The notes under the pieces were generated by a model. It was not told the DNA's origin. It saw only the letters and a list, made by a program, of their open reading frames with translations, and did not search any database. This document shows, piece after piece, positions 58,804-64,000 of a stretch of DNA of 64,000 nucleotides. Positions within the stretch are counted from its first letter, which is position 1; each line of letters opens with the position of its first letter. The stretch is from NCBI RefSeq assembly GCF_009914755.1, contig NC_060938.1; one strand, written 5' to 3'. The position numbers were made by a program, and so were the translations under genes. This stretch comes from the human T2T-CHM13v2.0 reference genome, Homo sapiens.

Positions 58804-60926
58804 AAACGGGGCCAAAGGCAGGGGTGGCAGGTCAGTGCTGCTCGGGGGCTTCTCCATCCAGGTCCCTGGAGCTCCCGGTCCCTGGAGCTCCGCACTTGGG
58901 GGCACAACCTGCATGAGGCAGCGCCACTCTGGTGACTGGCCGGCCATGCCATCCCGGGCTGAGGACTATGAAGTGTTGTACACCATTGGCACAGGCTCCT
59001 ATGGCCGCTGCCAGAAGATCCGGAGGAAGAGTGACAGCAAGATATTAGTTTGGAAAGAACTTGATTATGGCTTCATGACAGAAGCTGAGAAACAGATGCT
59101 TATTTCTGAAGTGAATTTGCTTTGTAAACTGAAAAATCCAAACATCGTTCATTACTATGATCGTATTATTGACCGGACCAACACAACACTGTACGTTGTA
59201 ATGGAATATTGTGAAGAAGGAGACCTGGCTAGTGTAATTACAAAGGGAACCAAGGAAAGGCAATACTTAGATGAAGAGTTTGTTCTTCGAGTGACAACTC
59301 AGTTGACTCTGGCCCTGAAGTAATGCCACAGACGAAGTGATGGTGATCATACTGTAGTGCGTCGGGATCTGAAACCAGCCAGTGTTTTCCTGGATGGCAA
59401 GCAAAACGTCAAGCTTGGAGATTTGGGGCTAGCCAGAATATTAAACCACGACACGAGTTTTGCAAAAACATTTGTTGGCATACCTTATTACATGTCTCCT
59501 GAACAAACGAATCACATGTCCTACAATGAGAAACCAGATATCTGGTCATTGGGCTGCTTGCCGTATGAGTCGCGTGCATTAATGCCTCCATTTACAGCTT
59601 TTAGCCAGAAAGAACTCGCTGGGAAAATCAGAGAAGGCAAATTCAGGCGAATTCTATACCGTTACTCTGATGAATTGAATGAAATTATTATGAGGATGTT
59701 AAAGGATTACCATCGACCTTCTGTTGAAGAAATTCTCGAGAACCCTTTAATAGCAGATTTGGTTGCAGAAGAGCAAAGAAGAAATCTTGAGAGAAGAGGG
59801 CGACAATTAGGAGAGCCAGAAAAATTGCCGGATTCCAGCCCTGTATTGAGTGAGCTGAAACTAAAGGAAATTCAGTTAGAGGAGCAAGAGCGAGCTCTCA
59901 AAGCAGGAGAAGAAAGGTTGGAGCAGAAAGAACAGGAGCTTTGTGTTTGTGAGAGACTAGCAGAGGACAGACTGGCTATACCAGAAAATCTGTTGAAGAA
60001 TTACAGCTTGCTAAAGGAACAGAAGTTCCTGTCTCTGGCAAGTAGTCCAGAACTTCTTAATCTTCCATCCTCAGTAATTAAGAAGAAAGTTCATTTCAGT
60101 GGGGAAAGTAAAGAGAATGTCATGAGGAGTGAGAATTCTGAGAGTCAGCTCACATCTAAGTCCAAGTGCAAGGACCTGAAGGTCCTTGCTTCATGCTTCA
60201 TGCTGCCCAGCTGCGGGCTCAAGCCCTGTCAGATTTTGAGAAAAATTATCAACTAAAAAGCAGACAGATCCTGGGCATGCGCTAGCCGGGTAGAGAGACA
60301 CAGAGCTGTGTACAGGATGTAATATCACCAACTTTTGGAGACTGATGTTCAAATGCTGTAGCGTTACATACTTGATTCCATGAGCCGTGCCTTTTTGTAT
60401 AGTCCACATGATATTTCAGAATTGGTGTTGCTGTTCTTCAGCAACTGTTGTACAAAATGTTCACATTTAATTTTTCTTTCTTCTTTTAAGAACACATTAT
60501 AAAAAGAATACTTTCTTGTTTGGTTGGGCTTTTAATCCTGTGTGTGATTACTAGTAAGAACATGAGATGTGACATTCTAAATCTTGGGAGAAAAAAATAA
60601 CAAGAAAAAAATATTTAATCAGGAGTAGCACTCACTGCATAGTTTTAAATGACTGAGTGGTGTGCTTACAATTGTCATGTCTAGATTTGAATTTTAAGTC
60701 TGAGATTTTAAATGTTTTTGAGCTTAGAAAACCTAGTTGGATGCCATTTGGTCATTAATACCATGACATCTTGCTTATGAATATTCCATTGCTCTGTAGT
60801 TCAAATCTGTTAGCTTTGTGAAAGTTCATCACTGTGATGTCTGTATTCTTTTTTCCTTTTTATTCTGTTTAACAGAATAAAAGAATTCTTTAGATTCCCT
60901 GTAAAAAAAAAAAAAAAAAAAAAAAA
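58804..60926 (+). pseudogene. NEK2P: NEK2 (NEK2A isoform) processed pseudogene
   Basis: Intronless. ATG 58946 MPSRAEDYEVLYTIGTGSYGRCQKIRRKSD...; premature TAA 59321; HRD to RRD, DFG to DLG; late frameshift; terminal ILGMR* at 60283-60285; 3'UTR, aataaa, A24 tail; degenerate TSD aagaattgagaga/aagaaccgagaca. Confidence 0.97.
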
Positions 60927-61649
60927 GAACCGAGACAAGCGGTTCTGCCGGGGCAGCTGTCAGTCATTAAAGTGCCTGGATTTACATGAACCACATGTCT
61001 ACAGGCTAATACAGTTTATAGGATGCTTTTGTTTACACTATCTCTTTTGAGTCTTACGACAGTTCCATGAGGTGAATTCATACAACCAAGAGAAGCCCTG
61101 ACCAGAACCTGGGTTCTAGGGTGTAAGAGACAGCATCCGGCCAGTTTTTTCTTTATAGTTTCACGAATGTTATGATTGCTAATATTATGGTATTTCTATT
61201 ATTATATTTGTGAAAGCATGGTTTTCTGAGTTACAAGTATGTGAAAGACACATGTATACATGTAATGAAATGTATAGTTTTCCTTTTATTTCTGTAAAGC
61301 AAGTTAGCTTGTATTGATACATGATGAGTTTTTTTCAGAGGTTTCAGAAACAGGTTAGAAAATGCTTCCATAGTATTTCATAGATTCTTTATAATTTGAG
61401 CAGTTTTTCAGGGTTTTCAGTCCATTTAAACCATTTATCTAATGAACAGTAAATAGAAACTCTGAGCTCTACATTCTCTTGTAAGCTTTCTTTTTCTGTT
61501 ACAGTTGAGCAAATTTGTTGACATTCTTATATTTTTGCATTTTGATTTTTTGCAAAATGTTTGGTTAAAATACTTTGGGGGAAAAATGCAAGTACTTTGT
61601 TCTCATTTATAGTTGACTTCCTACTTTGTTTATGTTGTCTTCTGTATGT

Positions 61650-62095
61650 ATTAAGACAGTGAAGTACTGGCAAAAGAATAGGTAAATAGATCAATGGCAC
61701 AAAATAAGCACCCCAGAAATAGACCCATACAAATAGAGGCCACTCATCTTTGGCAGAGGAGCAAACGCAATTTAATGGAGAAAAGATTGTCTTTACAATA
61801 AATAGTGCTGGAAACAACTAGACATCCACATGTGGAATAATGAATATAAACACTGACCTTACACCTTTCCCAACAATTAACACAAAACAGACCATAGACC
61901 TAAATGTAACACAAAACTAGCAAACTTCTGTAAGTTTAATAACATAGGAGAAAATCTAGGTGACCTTGGGTTTGGCAATGAGTTTCTAGATGCAACACAA
62001 AAACACCATCTACGAAAGAAAAAATGGACAAGATGGACCTCATTAAAGTGAAACATGTCTGCTGTGCCAGAGACACTGTTAAGAATGAAAAGACA
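61650..62095 (+). mobile_element. Old L1 ORF2 fragment
   Basis: atagatcaatggcacaaaataagcaccccagaaatagaccc, atggagaaaagattgtctttacaataaatagtgctgg. Confidence 0.8.
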
Positions 62096-62263
62096 GGCTG
62101 GGCACGGTGTGGTGGCCCATGCCTGTGACTCCAGTTACTTGGGAGGCTGAGGCAGGAGGATCCCTTGAAGCTCAGGAGTTGAAAGATGCAGTGAGCTGTG
62201 ATGGTGCCACTGCATTCCAGCCTGGATGACAGAGAGACGCCATCTCTACAAAGAAAAAAAAGA
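62096..62263 (+). mobile_element. Alu monomer (FRAM/AluJ right arm)
   Basis: gcctgtgactccagttactttgggaggctgaggcaggagga...cagcctggatgacagag plus A-tail. Confidence 0.85.
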
Positions 62264-62289
62264 AATAATGCAGAGAAGTCTCATGTACG

Positions 62290-63451
<1,162 letters not shown>

Positions 63452-63453
63452 TT

Positions 63454-64000
63454 GGCCGGGCGCGGTGGCTCACGCCTATAATCCCAGCACTTTAGGAGGC
63501 CGAGGCAGGTGGATCACAAGGTTGAGAGCTCGAGACCAGCCTGGCCAACATGGTGAAACCCCGTCTCTACTAAAAATACAAAAATTGGGCCAGGCACGGT
63601 GTCTCACACCTGTAATCCCAGCACTTTGGGAGGCTGAGGCAGGTGGATCACCTGAGGTCAGGAGTTCAAGACCAGCCTGGGCACCGTGGTGAAACCCCGT
63701 CTCTACTAAAAATACAAAAATTAGCCGGGCACAGTGGCACGTGCCTGTAATCCCAGCTACTCAGGAAGCAGAGACAGTTGAATCGCTTGAATTGGGAAGC
63801 AAAGGTTGCAGTGAGCCGAGATTGCACCATTGCACTCCAGCCTGGGCAACAGAGCAAGACTCTGTCTCAAGAAATAATAATAATAAATAAATAAATAAAT
63901 AAATAAACAAACAAACAAACTGGGCATAGTGGCATGCCTGTAATCCTAGCTACTCGGGAGGCTGAGGCAGGAGAATCACCGGAATCTGGGAGGCGGAGGT
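63454..64000 (+). mobile_element. Nested Alus: full Alu (~63588-63870, (TAAA)n/(CAAA)n tail) inserted in the A-rich linker of another Alu
   Basis: Left arm 63454-63586, complete Alu, then the right arm resumes at ~63920. Confidence 0.85.

Overview
Primate (human) genomic DNA; a full-diagnostic AluYa5 supports human. It is a repeat-rich segmental-duplication mosaic with no intact protein-coding gene. Left half (1-27 kb): old L1 debris, Alus, a MER4A-type ERV1 provirus with a nested LTR8, a MER85 MITE, and a very decayed XIAP/IAP-like retrocopy, part of which recurs in a diverged ~1.5 kb direct duplicate. Centre (27-31 kb): a GC-rich REP522-like element with a ~700 bp imperfect palindrome carrying mirror-image CCAAT/TATA modules, then a G/A-rich tandem tract. 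Right half: four gene relics, all on the + strand. These are an unprocessed 3' MED15 fragment, an unprocessed NF1 pseudogene (legacy exons 10b, 12a-19a, 27b, the exon set I recall for the chr2/14/22 copies), a single NOS2 exon between inverted Alus, and a processed NEK2A pseudogene. There are also two L1 insertions with 3' transductions. I see no proven new biological system. The best candidates for follow-up are the palindromic bidirectional promoter upstream of the co-oriented pseudogene mosaic, the symmetrically cut Alu-NOS2-Alu module, the ~500 bp L1 transduction, the XIAP-like relic, and NF1 disease-allele equivalents (Y489C, R681X) in the pseudogene. All gene and repeat identifications come from recalled sequence, not database searches.
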